Positions 8,542 through 18,873 of a stretch of DNA of 64,000 bases are shown one piece after another. Below the pieces are notes generated by a model that was not told the DNA's origin, did not search any database, and saw only the letters and a list, made by a program, of their open reading frames with translations. Made by a program: the position numbers and the translations under genes. The DNA comes from Veleropilina oligotropha (lineage: Eukaryota). Location: NCBI GenBank assembly GCA_048128005.1, contig JBEUKZ010000084.1, positions 62,001 to 126,000 of the forward strand, in the 5' to 3' direction. How positions within the stretch are numbered: the first letter of the stretch is position 1; each line of letters opens with the position of its first letter.

Positions 8542-10495
8542 CAACCGCAAATCCTCTTTTTCGGTTACATTCAAGGCACGTTAAGCGCACGTTGTCGCGG
8601 ATGTGGCCCCTGCGGTTGTCCACACGGTCGACACTGAACTGCTGTGTGTCTTTGGGCTGGTAGGCCCAGAGCAGCTCTATGTTACATGCTGCGCATCGGT
8701 TGTTTTGGGCCTCTCTGAGCCGCAGGATGTCGTCGACCTTGAGGTTAAACCCCGGGAGTCCCTTTGCCTGGTCCTGGCGCATGTATGCCACGAGCTTCCT
8801 CTGGATGGTTTTTCGGAGCTGCTGCTTGCTCTGCTGCGCTTGGGGCGGCCTGTCCTCAGAACCCTCATCTGGAGGACAGGTTACCCGCTCGAGCTGATGC
8901 AGATACTCCACCCGGGACACGGCTAGGTAGGCGAGATTACTCCACTGAAGGTAGTCGTCGATGATCCAGACTTTCTGTGGGTCGTGAATGGTAAGACCCT
9001 GGCTCGAATGGATGGTGAGAGCATAGCCCAGGCGCCAATCCGGGGTCAGGATAGCCTGCTCAGCTGCCTCAATCGTGACCTCAACGACGTCGTTGAGAAC
9101 TAGCGCCTCTCTTTCATCGGTGCCCGGAATGGTTACCATGATATTTTGCTTACGGGTGTCCCTGGGGTGATAAAGGATAGGTACCGGGGAGTCTGGGAAG
9201 TGCTCCTTGTGCCTCTGGAGCAACAGCTGTTGAGCCCGTTCGCGGACCTTCTGACGGCTGGTGAGGATTAGGTCGCCTGGCCTCCAGGTGTTGACAAACC
9301 GATCCCATCCAAGGCAGCTGGGGAGACTCTTACGCATTTCCCCGCACTGGATTTTGTCGGGCTGGAGACGTATACGTCTTTTCAGGGCTTGGAGGGCAGG
9401 GTCGTCTTTCGCCCTGTAGTCTACTTCGATCTCCTCATAGTAGTCCGCGGTCTGTCGCAGCCAATCGTGCGGCATCTCGCCCGTAATCGGTGGTGGCTGG
9501 CCCTGATCGCCACAGCAGATAACCTGAACTTCGTGGTGGCCCAGCCAGTCCAAGAACATCTCGAGGATAGGCCGGGGAACAGTACAGACCTCGTCCCAGA
9601 TAATGACGCGGGGGATGAACTTCTGACCCATGCGGTCGGGTGTCCAGTCAGTCTGGCCGCTCCATCGGAAGAAACTGTGGTAGGTCTGGGCTTTGACGCC
9701 TCTGGTTCGCATCTCTTTAGCGAGGCGGTGGGTTGGCGTGAATACAATGGGATTCCTTGCCCGGAAGAGCTCGATCGCTCTCGTAGTCTTGCCACAGCCC
9801 CCTCCACCATTGAGGTAACTCAGGCGATGGTGGGTCAGCGTGTCATTGTAGCAAGGCGCGGTGCTTGGCTGGCTGGAATTGGCGGCACAACAATACTCTG
9901 GCTTGGGCAGGTATGCGGCATGTTCCTGTGGCAGGTAAAGCTGTTCCCCCTTGTCACGCCACTGGGCCGGTGCTACTGGCGGAAGGTACGTCTCCCCGAT
10001 CAGACAGGAGATGCACGATTTATCGCCACAGTCGCAGAGCTGTGGGGCAACGTACACCGTGACATCGTCGAGCTTCTCCAACGAGGCCTTCTTGAGGTAG
10101 ATGCTGTCAGTGGCCACTCGGACAGCTTCCTCAGGGGTGAAACGCTGAAGCATGCTCAAGAGGCTTATGTGGGCATAGGCCAGCATCGATGCCCTCAGGT
10201 GGGCGTACTGAGGCTGGGAGCCATCATAGTACGTGAGGATGTGACCCATAGGGCATCTCTGAGGTGCGCCGACCAGGGTACCGCTTTGGCGGGTGTCTCT
10301 TACGAGGAAGTCAAGCTCTCCCTGGTCAATCACCAGTCTACGGGTCAATCTTTTGCCGTCAGCCTTGGCGCCTTGGGTGAATTTGCCGATAATACGGCAT
10401 CCCTGGTCACGATTCTCAGGAAGCCAGACATCGGTTTGCTTTCTGAACGCGATGATGGCTTCTCGGATCTTGAGGCTTTTTAGCAGTCCAGATTC
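8531..10495 (-). CDS. Replicase C-terminal part: PolB motifs B/C + SF1 (Pif1/RecD-like) helicase + HNH
   Basis: PolB-like IIGKFTQ and VATDSIY. SF1 motifs GGGGCGKT, FTPTH, IIWDE, CGDQGQPPP and GYALTIHSSQGLT. HNH-like CAAC...FSVDRVDNRRGH...NVRLTCLECN. Confidence 0.85.
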   Translation of the reverse strand, partial: ESGLLKSLKIREAIIAFRKQTDVWLPENRDQGCRIIGKFTQGAKADGKRLTRRLVIDQGELDFLVRDTRQSGTLVGAPQRCPMGHILTYYDGSQPQYAHLRASMLAYAHISLLSMLQRFTPEEAVRVATDSIYLKKASLEKLDDVTVYVAPQLCDCGDKSCISCLIGETYLPPVAPAQWRDKGEQLYLPQEHAAYLPKPEYCCAANSSQPSTAPCYNDTLTHHRLSYLNGGGGCGKTTRAIELFRARNPIVFTPTHRLAKEMRTRGVKAQTYHSFFRWSGQTDWTPDRMGQKFIPRVIIWDEVCTVPRPILEMFLDWLGHHEVQVICCGDQGQPPPITGEMPHDWLRQTADYYEEIEVDYRAKDDPALQALKRRIRLQPDKIQCGEMRKSLPSCLGWDRFVNTWRPGDLILTSRQKVRERAQQLLLQRHKEHFPDSPVPILYHPRDTRKQNIMVTIPGTDEREALVLNDVVEVTIEAAEQAILTPDWRLGYALTIHSSQGLTIHDPQKVWIIDDYLQWSNLAYLAVSRVEYLHQLERVTCPPDEGSEDRPPQAQQSKQQLRKTIQRKLVAYMRQDQAKGLPGFNLKVDDILRLREAQNNRCAACNIELLWAYQPKDTQQFSVDRVDNRRGHIRDNVRLTCLECNRKRGFAVVNA

Positions 10496-12218
10496 TGAGG
10501 AAGGCGAGCAGAGGCATCGGGGCCCATCCATTCTCTGCAAAGTGCTTTCCGAACCAGGCGGGAATGACGGGGTGGATGTCTTGTGCGAACTCCCATTCCA
10601 CGACCTCGGCAAACCCGGTACCGATTTCTCGGGGTAGAGGACCGTTAATTGCGACCCGGGTCATGCTGTGGGTTGGGTGCCCGAATCTTTCGAAGTACGG
10701 CTTAGCCTCGCCCTTCCCCAGAAAGCTGGCAGGGTAGCAGGCTTTCATGTCGATGCAGCAGACATCGCCCGTATCGTAGTTCATGGAATTCCACAGGCCA
10801 CCATGGCCATGCTCTACGCAGGCCTTCTGGATATCATCGAGCAGGCCCGCTGGGGTAGGTCTCCAGCCATTGTTCTCTTTGGCCATAATGCTAGCTGCAT
10901 GGTTCTCACCAAAGGCTCGATCGGCGAGAGACTCATCCCCCAGAGCCTTACAGGCTTCTTGGAGTCTCTCGTGAGCCTCTTTTGTCCGGTAAGTGCGGCC
11001 GTCCTGAAGCACGAACTGGTTCACGTTGAGCTGTCGGTCTGTACCGCCAAGGAGCCAGACAGCCAATGGCTCGTTACGTGTGGCTTGTCGGATAGCTTCC
11101 CAGACATCGCCCTCGTAGATGTTGACCTCGCGAGACTGCGGGAAGTGTAGGTCCTTGGACCAAGTGTGGCCGTTGTGACAGATGAGTTCTACTTGTCTGA
11201 ATGTATGGTTTCCTTGACCGCGGTATTTACCACTGTTGTAGATGTCGGCACCTGCGATGTCTCGCACGATGATCGCCCGTTTCAGTATCTTCTCGAGGAT
11301 GGATATATCATCCACAGTGGCGCCTGTTACATGAACTCGCGCCTCCCACTCCTGTATTTTCTGCCGCCTTATCGGGGTGAGTCCGTTTCCTCTCAGGGCA
11401 CCTTCGAAGTGCTCAACCACTCTCTGGGCAACGCAGTTGAGATCGCCGTTCTTCATTGGAACCAGGTTGGCTGGGTTTGGTTCTCTGAGAGGGTAGAGGC
11501 CGTAGACGACTGCAGTAACCGGGTAGGCGTTCTCGTAGTAGGCTTTGTCGACCCCAGTGATAGCACCTGGCTTAGTGTCCTGAGAGATCTCAACGACACC
11601 CTGGCCCTTCTTCCTCGCAGCCTTCACCGGGTCAAACTTGTCTTCGACCACCCAGTCGCCTTCACCCCACTCCCGCAAGAACTTTATCCTCAGGAGAAAC
11701 TCACCCTTGGGAAGGGCTGTGAGGAGCTGTGCCGCTCTCGCGTCTGTCATACGGGCATCCAGGGCCAGCCGGCCAGCCCTCGCTTCGATGTTCTCTACTT
11801 CTACCCTCCATGTGGAGAAGGCCGCCGCGGCGCCATCGACCTCAAACTCGTCTTTGGCGTCGTTCAAGAGTTCCACCCACGGCTCTTTTGCTGGGAGCCT
11901 TACAGGGGGAGGGGCCTGGTCATCCAGGTCGATGAATTGTTGCCCCGCTGTTGTGGTAAACAGCCCTAGTAGATCATTCTGGTAGTCCTGGGCTGTCCGG
12001 GGCTTTTTGGAGAGGGGGATTGGGTCAAATTCCTCAACAATGGCTTTCCGCTTTCTCTCCGTTTGGGGATCCTTGGATGGGACCAGAGGCTTCAACAAGC
12101 GCTCCTTCACGTCTTCCGGGATTGGTTCGTCTAGAATATTCTGAACCACGTCCCGGAGAGTTTCAGATGCCTGCATGTCTGCGAGCAGTTGGTCTATATA
12201 GTCATCCATAGTCGACAT
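10496..12218 (-). CDS. Replicase N-terminal part: terminal-protein-like region + OTU-like protease + PolB motif A (frameshifted into downstream ORF)
   Basis: GDLNCV...ICHNGHTW (OTU-like Cys/His), then HGHGGLW and CIDMKACYPASF (DxxSxYP-like motif A). Protein-like sequence switches frame at ~10496. Confidence 0.75.
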
Positions 12219-12266
12219 GTTGCCGGGCGGGCATACACTAAGATCTTTACTTCTCTAATAGGAAAT

Positions 12267-12605
12267 TTACGTGTGGTAAATTGCAGCCAAGCGGAGAAAC
12301 TCTCTCCGGAAGGCACTTTTCTTTCGTTGCCAGTCCATAGAGTTCTCACTCTTATACCCACAGCCCTTACACAACGTAAACCGGTTGAAGACGCCTTTGC
12401 CGCATTTGATGCAGGGCTTTGTGACCCAGCCATTTCGCCGTAGCCGAGCCAGGTGGACTTTACAGAACTCTTTCAGACAACTCTTACCACATAGTTCTGT
12501 GGAGCTTATAGTAAGCCAGTGACAGGTGTCTGTGCCCTTCATCGTATCCTTTGCAGTGGGTATATCCTGTGATGTGGGTATATCTAATAGGACACTTATC
12601 GCCAT
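12267..12605 (-). CDS. Small Cys/His-rich (zinc-binding) viral protein
   Basis: C...CGKSC...FCKVH and CIKC...LCKGC patterns with a basic C-terminus; 112 aa. Confidence 0.6.
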   Translation of the reverse strand: MAISVLLDIPTSQDIPTAKDTMKGTDTCHWLTISSTELCGKSCLKEFCKVHLARLRRNGWVTKPCIKCGKGVFNRFTLCKGCGYKSENSMDWQRKKSAFRREFLRLAAIYHT

Positions 12606-12981
12606 GCAACTGCACGCTACCAGCGGGAACTACATACTTACATAACAGCTGCTCGTGGATTCCCTGTCCTCAAACACATTTCCGGCTTTCCTAGCATATA
12701 TTAATAGCCCGTTCAGCCGTCTACTGTGGCCTCATTCATGCTGCTGCTCTTATCGCCACACGCGTCTATTATTAGCCCGTTCAGCTCGCTGCTGACCCAG
12801 ATTTCCTATTAGAGGTATGAAGATCCTAGTATATACCCGCACTATGTCGCGGTAAACATGGGCATTATTTCTCACTGTTATCTACCGGCTGTGGCGGTGC
12901 GTCAGATAGTTGCACGCTCGCAAGCGGGAATTATATATTTATCTAAACTGGCTGCAATCTCGCCATGCAATTTGCACAGAA

Positions 12982-13160
12982 TGAAGCCCCCTTGTATTTC
13001 AGCCGTAGCCTGGGGTGTCTTCTCGACAATCTGTCGGCCCTCTTGAAGCCCCCTTGTATTTCAGCCGTAGCCTGGGGGTGTCTTCGACCATCTCTCGGCC
13101 CTCTTGAAGCCCCCTTGTATTTCAGCCGTAGCCTGGGGTGTCTTCTCGACCATCTCTCAG
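12982..13160. repeat. Three subterminal tandem repeats (61-62 bp) of the viral element
   Basis: TGAAGCCCCCTTGTATTTCAGCCGTAGCCTGGGGTGTCTTC.. starts at 12982, 13044 and 13105. Confidence 0.95.
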
Positions 13161-13794
13161 CATTTTCTCCACGCAGCCTTCTTCCTCAAGAATTCGAAAC
13201 GCAACATGCGAAAGCATTCTGAGGAGGTCGTTGTGACATATGCATCAGATCTTATAAATACTAAAGCCTGACAGTTCTTATATAGTCAGGTAGCCATGGC
13301 AGGCAAGAGAGGAGGTGTCTCGTCACTTATGATGTGAATATTAAATCACGACAACGTTGAACATAGACTACGTTGATTAAAATAAAACCTACAACACTCT
13401 AGACATATTGTAAAGCCGATTAAATCCCGAATCCTTAATTAGTTAACTGTCCATTGATTATAATGTGGCCACATTATCCAGTCAAGCTTTATTTGATACT
13501 GGATAATGTATTTCAGTCGAGGGGAATACCAACAGTGAGTCACTCCACAACAAGCTTTTCTACTAGGTCATACGCAGTCATGCGCGACGTAACTAGGCAA
13601 CCAGGTAGTATTTGAATAGACTATGGATTGTATTGTTGTGCATAAGCTAACCTGGTTTTCAGACAGAGCTGTATGTAAACACGGTGACTGTTATAATACA
13701 AGCCCGACCCTGGGAGCCTGAACGGGTGCTGGGAGCCTTATTTTCCCATTCTAAAAAGTCTACTGACCCCCCCTGCTGCTGCCCCCAATGCTCG

Positions 13795-13960
13795 GCGATT
13801 TCCCTTGGGCAAGGAAATGAAGCATATACTTGCATCGGCCCACCCAGCCGATCTGAATGGGTACCTGGTTGGCAGTTATGTAAGTCACGGCGCTACCCGC
13901 GTGTAAATGACTGTAATGCTCCCAGAGGGAGTTGAGATGGTAGATCGAGTAGAACAGTAC
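13795..13960 (+). mobile_element. Ancient CORE/Deu-like SINE remnant
   Basis: Blocks CCTTGGGCAAGG...CACCCAG...AATGGGTACCTGG...ATGCTCCCAGAGGGAGTTGAG resemble conserved SINE central domains. Confidence 0.45.
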
Positions 13961-15784
13961 AATACATGATTGAATTAGTATCATTACAATGACGTAGAGT
14001 GGGATACAAGAGCTTTACCTGCTTTCAAACACACATACTGTGATTGCTCTGGATCTACAAGTTAGGGTTCCAAATCTGTTGGAGATTTTTGTAAGCGAAC
14101 AGTTGCTATGTTCCATAACTATCAAGGGCCTGGTAGGGTTCATCAGATATTCAAGACTTTCCTCACAGATAATCTTCACACAAATCAAAACAAAATTCAA
14201 ACTATTTCTTTTTCATTTTTTTTTATCAATATTTACTTGCCAAATGAACATCTGCTGTTATCACAGTCACTAAACTAACATTCTAATCGTTTTCTGTATC
14301 TTCTGAATAGCAGTGTTATTTTTCTGGCCATGCCTGCTGACCAGTGTGTGCCCAATATGTTGACCCTTCCCATCTTCAAGATCCTCTCATCTGTGGAGGC
14401 AGTGCCCATGACAACTGCCCCTGTGCTGGGACTTCCTGCTGCTCTGAGACTATCTGATTTGATATCACATTTCTCTGTGTCTAAATATTTGAGAATATCC
14501 AATGTCAGATTGTCAGGAAGCTGTCAAACCACTTGATCTCTGAAAGGGGGATAGTATTCCCTAGGTGTGGCATTGGATCAAATCTAGATGGGGCTCCCTA
14601 CTGTCCCCTATATTATCTTGGTCACACTTGCTCCCTAAGATGAACCACATGATAATCATCAGCTAAAGACATTGCCCTCAAGCTGTTCTTAAACTAAAAG
14701 TGCATTGAAATTAAAATATAGTTTTGCTGGGGATGATCCTAAATTTCAGACTATTGCTGATATCCCAAGTCTGTGGCAAACAATTTAAACATGAAGTAAT
14801 TTGTTATGATAATTATTTATGTAAAAGGTACAAATAATTTTCTGTTACTTGAACTCATTGACTAGATGACCTGACTTTGGTTTCCAGATGTAAACATGGT
14901 TTATCTTTTGTATGCATGCTTTCAGATAGCAGATATTCCTAATGTAAATCAATCCTTTTGAAGTAAGTTAATACTTATCACTTTTGCTATTTCTATTGAT
15001 CAGTTATCTCCACCGTAAACCGAATGTCAACGGGCATTACAGCAACATTCAGCGCTTAGAATTCCTCTATGAATGCGATCTCGGGGCCTTATGGAACACG
15101 CACTATGCTGTTATCCGGGTGGGTTAAGCACAACAAAGGGTAGAACTATATATTATTCTCTCTGATCAAAGCTCTGTCCTGCATAGGTCACTTGCTGTCA
15201 TATACCATAAGTTAAAGGTGCTATAATATATTTGTACCTTGGATTAACTTACAACGTTATGTGCATTCAGAATACATTTAATGTGTTCAAGCAGCAGCAT
15301 GATATGGTCAATAAACAGCATGTCGACAAACTGGATATCATAATCTGGACTAGAGCTGTATATTTCAGAAAACATATGTTTTGTTTGTTTGATGTGATTC
15401 AGTTTTTAATTTGACAAATGCGTTTTAACAATTTTTGTAGTCTTATCAATTGACATTTTAACAATTTTTGTAGTCATATTGACATTTTCGTCAAAACATC
15501 TGTTTATTGTCACTGTTCGAGGCACGACATCACGATGTTTAGCACAACGTTGTCGCACCACTTGCAATAGAATGTTAGAAAGTTGAAGATTTCTCATGTT
15601 AACACCGTTCAGGGTCATACCAGATCTTGCCACAGTTTCGCAGTTGGAAAGCCAATAGTCATGACTCATCCATGGTTTATCCGCCCGCACCGGCCAATTA
15701 TGGACAACAGCTATTGTTTACATGCAGGCATATTGTCGCGCCAAGTATTTGAACCCACCCTGTGAAGCAGGGCAGTCAGGCTAC

Positions 15785-16120
15785 AGGGTTCGCACATGTC
15801 CTTGAAAGCCATGGAATTGTGTTGATGCTGTTTCAAGGCCCTTGAAGTCATCGAAAATCTGGCATTTGGGCAGAAAGTTTTGGAAAAGTCATTGAATTTT
15901 ATTTTTCATTGTTATCTGACTAAAATGTGGCTCTGTGGTGGTTGGAGAATAAATTTTTGCTATAGTAAAAATGAAATGGAGTGCGGACTAAGCATGGTTT
16001 GGTTTAGGGTTACCTTTGAACTATTTCGTATTCAGAGAGATACCCTTGAAATTCGGAAATCAGTCCTTGAAAAGATCCTGGAAAGTCCTGGAAATTTGTC
16101 ATTGGAAATCTGGGCTAATC
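15785..16120. mobile_element. Degenerate CAGGGTT-ended MITE (same family as 31684-31957)
   Basis: CAGGGTTCGCAC start and repeated GTCCTTGAAA/GTCCTGGAAA motifs; right end decayed. Confidence 0.5.
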
Positions 16121-17452
16121 CACTTGACCACCGGACAGTCTGATTTTAGTTAGTATTTTTATATTTCTTGTATGTTAGCAATATTAGCTTAGTTATAGAC
16201 TCAAATGAACAAGTACTCGATCCCTTATCTTTTGGTGCATGGTTCAGCATGGTTGGCTGTATCTGTCATTAACATTGGTTTGACCCCACAAATTGGACCC
16301 AGGAAGCACAGTGTGTGTTTGTAATCTCCTGACTGTCTTTATAGTAAATGAGCAGCTTCTCAATTACACTCCCATAATCCCAAGCATCTTGTCCATGTGA
16401 GTTCAAGGGGAGCTGGTCTCAGGCTTGCTGTTATGGTCATCAGTCTTCCTGTTGTGGACACCTGTCCCTGGAAACATATCACCTTGGTCTTCTGCTGCCA
16501 ACCACATGATAAGATAATTAATTATTAATAGGCATCAGCACTAGCTCATATTCATACCAGATGACAGCGGGACAGCTTAATTTATTATCCTGAAATTAGA
16601 TGGTTGTAAATTGAAATCCTCTATTGTACTGTGTCAAGATAATTTGATAAAGTTGTGGGTAAAATAGATTGATGGAGGCTTGGCAGATATAGCGGCCAGC
16701 ATATTTGAAAGTGAGGTTCTTTTATATGGGAAGAATAAAAACGGGATAAATGTAACCCAACGTTATCATTAAGATAAAGGGGCACCACACAATGCCCATT
16801 GTTCTCATCAATGAGGTACATTGTCCCTGGAAGGAATATCAAATGAGTAGTGCCCCTTCAAGCTGATATTTTGCATAGAAATTTATAATGTTTGATACGT
16901 ATAAATGATATCACATGGAGTCTGAAATAACCATGTCACATACTGCATATGACCATGCTGTTCCTGAGATTTTTGAATATTCAAGTTATTTTACACTTCA
17001 AAATTTAATGAAAATTACAATGAGCTGGACGTTATTCATACTCATAAGCCTATAGTCGAACATTGGAAGGCATAAAGTTAGATTCTGAAATAAATAGAAA
17101 TGTTATGCCATGGAATCTCCTTCATTCCTTAACAAATAATATAACGATCTACATCGTTTTGTATGATATTTTAAAATCTCACGGTATAAACGACCATATT
17201 GAACTAGCAGCTTCAGGATACCGTTACTGGAAATAATTTAGCAAATGTAACGCCAAAACTAGAATGACTGTGACATAAGTATTTGTACAAGCCGCCCACG
17301 TTAGTGTCATTGTCATTTAAGTGACTCATAAATGTGTAGTGGATGTTGTCATCAAGTGTTAAGCAGCACTGATTCCTCTGGTCTATTTAAGTCTGTGGCT
17401 TTGAAGTAATCTGATTGATGTTAACAGCATATGCATATCATTTGTAGATGTT

Positions 17453-18303
17453 GGGCCGTATTCAGAAACGTCCCTCAAGTTCAAACTTTCCTTCCACTTT
17501 CCATAGTAGCACTTTCAAGAAAAGTTCAACTTTACCAGAATACATTTCAAGAACGACACTTTGCTCTCCCTTCAGAAAGTGCCCTTTGCCAAGCGAATTG
17601 ACAAGAAGAGTGGCACTTTCTGGTCGTAGGCACTAAGATCACGAAAGGTCCGACCTAGTTACAAACTATAACAAGCGATATCCCCATAACGAGGACGCAA
17701 ACTACACTGTGCTGATTGGCTTTTCGAATGCATGTTGACATAGCACGTTTGCGCATGCATACCTTTAAAGTGAATAACTGTTCATAATATGAAATAAAAA
17801 AACAAAAAAGTATTATTTCTAGTATTGAGATGAAAATTATTACTGTGCTTGTTGATGTACAAACTCGTACTTTGAAAAGAGAAATATGCATACATCCTTA
17901 CTTTTAAAAATGATATCTTTGTAAAAATTCCGACGTATCACATTTCGATTTCATTTCCGATATTATTGGCTTCTAGTAGAATGTATTGATTCAACGATAC
18001 GGATTGTGTGTAGTCGTTTCCAGTTATACATTTTTCTTTAAAAGTGACACATTTGTCAGGAAAGTGTGGTTATGATCACACTTTCAGAAAGTAACACTTT
18101 TTCCTTTTTTTAAATATTTTCTTTTCTGTAAGTGGCGTTTATGAAATACATTGCAAGCATCACTTGGGGTTAACCACTTTGGAAAGTTGATACTTAAACT
18201 ATCCGAAAAGTTAAACTTATATGAATGTTCTTGAATAGCTTAAGTGACCCTTTCACGCTGAAAGTCCCACTTTGAGGGAAAGTGGCGTTTCTGAATACGG
18301 CCC
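17453..18303. mobile_element. Non-autonomous TIR element (Harbinger-like termini)
   Basis: TIRs GGGCCGTATTCAGAAACG / CGTTTCTGAATACGGCCC; no clean TSD. Confidence 0.75.
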
Positions 18304-18665
18304 ATTATAAGTTATGTACACAATCTTTATACTTTAATATGGCATGGATATGTTCCACTATTTGAAATATTGTAATGCGAGGAGGCCACAGTGCAATCTA
18401 TCTTTAAAACTGCATTCCCGTCGTGGTACCGCTAATGGGAGATAACTATAGTTACTGGTATATATTCAGTGATAATGCGGGGATGTTAAGAAAATTGGCT
18501 AAGCAGGCAAGCCCTGAACCAATAATGTTGGTTGATTCAGAAGAGTGGTGTAGCGACATCTCGCGTGCATCCGTTTCACACAGCAAAAACTCATTATTAT
18601 GTATAACGTACTGTTTCTTGGTTTGATTCCAGTTTGAACATTGTGGCGTGGCCATATATAGTTAC

Positions 18666-18873
18666 AAACATACTTACGTCCTTACTCTTGCCATAATAGT
18701 ATATTATCGCCCAAACCGGAAATGGTGAATATGTCCCATAATGCACCGTTAATAAGCCAAAAAAGCACACGGTTACCTCCCCTGCTCCTATCCCATCACG
18801 TTCCTTAGTGAGACTTCGCCAAGTCTCGCGAGACTTCTGAACAATAGAAGTCCTAAGACCTCAATTCAAAGTT
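18666..18873 (+). repeat. DIRS left inverted terminal repeat (208 bp)
   Basis: Reverse complement of 25878-26085 with no mismatch seen. Contains the palindrome AAGTCTCGCGAGACTT (18821-18836). Confidence 0.95.

Larger units (their letters stand above)
1..13238. mobile_element. Endogenous Polinton/Maverick-like DNA virus (left end outside window)
   Basis: Compact, intronless, GC-rich ORF cluster with RVE integrase, A32-like ATPase, capsid-like ORFs and a PolB/SF1 helicase. Composition switches to AT-rich host DNA after ...GTTGTGACA at 13238. Confidence 0.9.

Noticed and set aside
9389..11985. Long plus-strand ORFs (364, 267, 160 aa) opposite the replicase
   Set aside because: Antisense shadows of a GC-rich coding strand, with no motifs.
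12982..13160. CRISPR-like array
   Set aside because: The inter-repeat segments are near-identical rather than unique spacers, there are no cas genes, and the context is eukaryotic.
14275..16500. Exon-like GC-richer patches (14275-14690, 16330-16500; also 26640-27400)
   Set aside because: Stops in candidate frames, no consistent splice phases and no recognisable homology.
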